DNA of 64,000 nucleotides from Alphaproteobacteria bacterium (GTDB lineage Bacteria; Pseudomonadota; Alphaproteobacteria; JAQWUY01): NCBI GenBank assembly GCA_965232465.1, contig OZ246977.1, positions 580,649 to 644,648 of the forward strand, read 5' to 3'. Shown piece by piece: positions 62,460 to 64,000 of this stretch (position 1 is its first letter; each line of letters starts with the position of its first letter). The notes under the pieces were generated by a model. It saw only the letters and a program-made list of their open reading frames with translations, ran no database searches and was not told where the DNA came from. The position numbers and the translations under genes were made by a program.

Positions 62460-64000
62460 TCAACGGCGGAGTACCGACCAGCGATGTGGTGGTGGTAACA
62501 TTACCAAATCGTCTTTTGCCCAATCCACAGCGGTCAATGGTTCGGTCAAGGCGATATCCAATACTTGTGCCACATCTTTAACCGCTATGATGTCCAATTG
62601 GTCTTTTATAGTTTTTGGAATTTCTTGTAAGTCTTTTTCGTTTTCCTTGGGAATAAGTACGATTTTAATACCCGCCCGTAAAGCCGCCAACAATTTTTCT
62701 TTTAACCCCCCAATCGGTAAAATTTTGCCATGTAAGGTTACTTCGCCGGTCATGGCAACATAGCGATTAACAGGATTTTGTGTTAATGCGGACACCATTG
62801 CCGTTACCATGGCAATTCCCGCCGATGGACCGTCCTTGGGCGTTGCCCCTTCGGGTACATGGATATGAATATCACGTTTTTCATATACACCCTTTAAGAT
62901 ACCAAGTTCCGATGCTTTGGACCGTACATAAGTTTCTGCGGCTGAAATAGATTCCTGCATAACTGTGCCCAATTTACCAGTTTTTTGGATTTTGCCCTTG
63001 CCATGGACAAGCACCGATTCAATATGTAATATATCACCGCCAACAGATGTCCATGCCAACCCTGTAACCACACCAACCATATTTTCGTCGATAATTTGCC
63101 CATAAGAAAATTTTTCAACCCCCAAGTATTTACGTACTGTGTTAACGGTTATATGCACAGATTTTTTACTTTTTTTACTTTTTGTGCTTTTTGTGCTTTT
63201 TGTGCTTTTTTTAGTATCTTTTTCCAATAAAATAGATTTTAAGGCTTTTCGGCATAAGCGTTGTAATGCCCGTTCCAAATTTCGCACCCCCGATTCACGG
63301 GTGTAACGGCGGATAACATATAATAATGCATCGTCTTTAAACGATACTTCGTTATCTTTTAAGCCAATATCTTTTAATGCCCGTCCCAACAAATGTTGCT
63401 TTGCAATTTGGACTTTTTCATCTTCTGTGTATCCCGCAATGGAAATTATTTCCATACGGTCACGCAAGGCAATCGGCATATCATACGAATTTGCAGTGGT
63501 AATAAACATGACATCAGACAAATCATAATCGACTTCCATATAGTGGTCGGAAAATGTGCTGTTTTGTGCGGGGTCCAATACTTCTAATAACGCAGATGCG
63601 GGATCGCCCCGATGATCCATACCCATTTTGTCGATTTCATCTAATAAAAATAATGGATTCGATTTCCCAACTTTTTTCATACCTTGGATAATACGCCCTG
63701 GTAACGCCCCCACATAGGTACGGCGGTGTCCCCGAATTTCTGATTCATCACGTACGCCACCCAGACTCATACGGACATATTGCCGTCCACATGCCCGGGC
63801 AATGGATTTTGCCAGTGATGTTTTTCCCACACCTGGGGGACCCACCAAACATAAAATAGGTCCTTTGACCTTTTTGGTACGAATCCCTACCGCTAATGTT
63901 TCCAGTATGCGTTCTTTGACTTTTTCCAACCCAAAGTGGTCTTCGTCTAATATTTTTTCTGCTTTGGTCAGATTGGTATTCATTCTTGTACGGGTTTTCC
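62460..64000 (-). CDS. lon: ATP-dependent Lon protease, C-terminal two-thirds (5' end is outside the window)
   Basis: It has Walker A 'GPPGVGKTS', the AAA+ module and the proteolytic-domain Ser motif (…[15 protein letters not shown]…). The frame is open to the window edge. It contains a (KST)n/(KSK)n low-complexity insert. Confidence 0.9.
   Translation of the reverse strand, partial: KTRTRMNTNLTKAEKILDEDHFGLEKVKERILETLAVGIRTKKVKGPILCLVGPPGVGKTSLAKSIARACGRQYVRMSLGGVRDESEIRGHRRTYVGALPGRIIQGMKKVGKSNPLFLLDEIDKMGMDHRGDPASALLEVLDPAQNSTFSDHYMEVDYDLSDVMFITTANSYDMPIALRDRMEIISIAGYTEDEKVQIAKQHLLGRALKDIGLKDNEVSFKDDALLYVIRRYTRESGVRNLERALQRLCRKALKSILLEKDTKKSTKSTKSTKSKKSKKSVHITVNTVRKYLGVEKFSYGQIIDENMVGVVTGLAWTSVGGDILHIESVLVHGKGKIQKTGKLGTVMQESISAAETYVRSKASELGILKGVYEKRDIHIHVPEGATPKDGPSAGIAMVTAMVSALTQNPVNRYVAMTGEVTLHGKILPIGGLKEKLLAALRAGIKIVLIPKENEKDLQEIPKTIKDQLDIIAVKDVAQVLDIALTEPLTAVDWAKDDLVMLPPPHRWSVLRR

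Overview
The window is about 64 kb of an AT-rich chromosome that looks alphaproteobacterial. The main clues are the pepA-holC gene pair lying divergent from lptF-lptG, the phoH-ybeY-corC block, and the rsmA-lptD arrangement. The polyol-catabolism genes suggest a host- or insect-associated lineage, but that is speculation. The housekeeping backbone is mreC(partial)-mreD-mrdA-rodA, rsmA-lptD, lptF-lptG, pepA-holC, rpmF, ndk, an AI-2E transporter plus hdaA, fdxA, purH, rpe, corC-ybeY-phoH, and groES-groEL, hupB, lon(partial). Accessory material sits between these blocks. It comprises a TbpB/fHbp-like surface lipoprotein with a poly-Gly linker, and an IS-rich islet with nested IS3-family and IS256 insertions flanked by roughly 200-bp direct repeats. 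It also includes a gene for a protein built from about ten near-perfect 22-aa (66-bp) tandem repeats whose 3' end runs into an IS256 terminal repeat. There are two sugar/polyol ABC uptake clusters, one resembling the galactitol/D-altritol-to-tagatose-6-phosphate route. The largest accessory feature is a 5.9-kb gene for a 1963-aa TpsA/FHA-like exoprotein with a TPS domain, an FG-GAP beta-propeller, repeated 'YDG'-type modules, a Gly-rich hydrophobic segment and a unique C-terminal domain, with no TpsB partner in the window. No rRNA, tRNA or CRISPR array was detected by eye. Every call rests on reading the six-frame translations and the nucleotide sequence. No database search was run.
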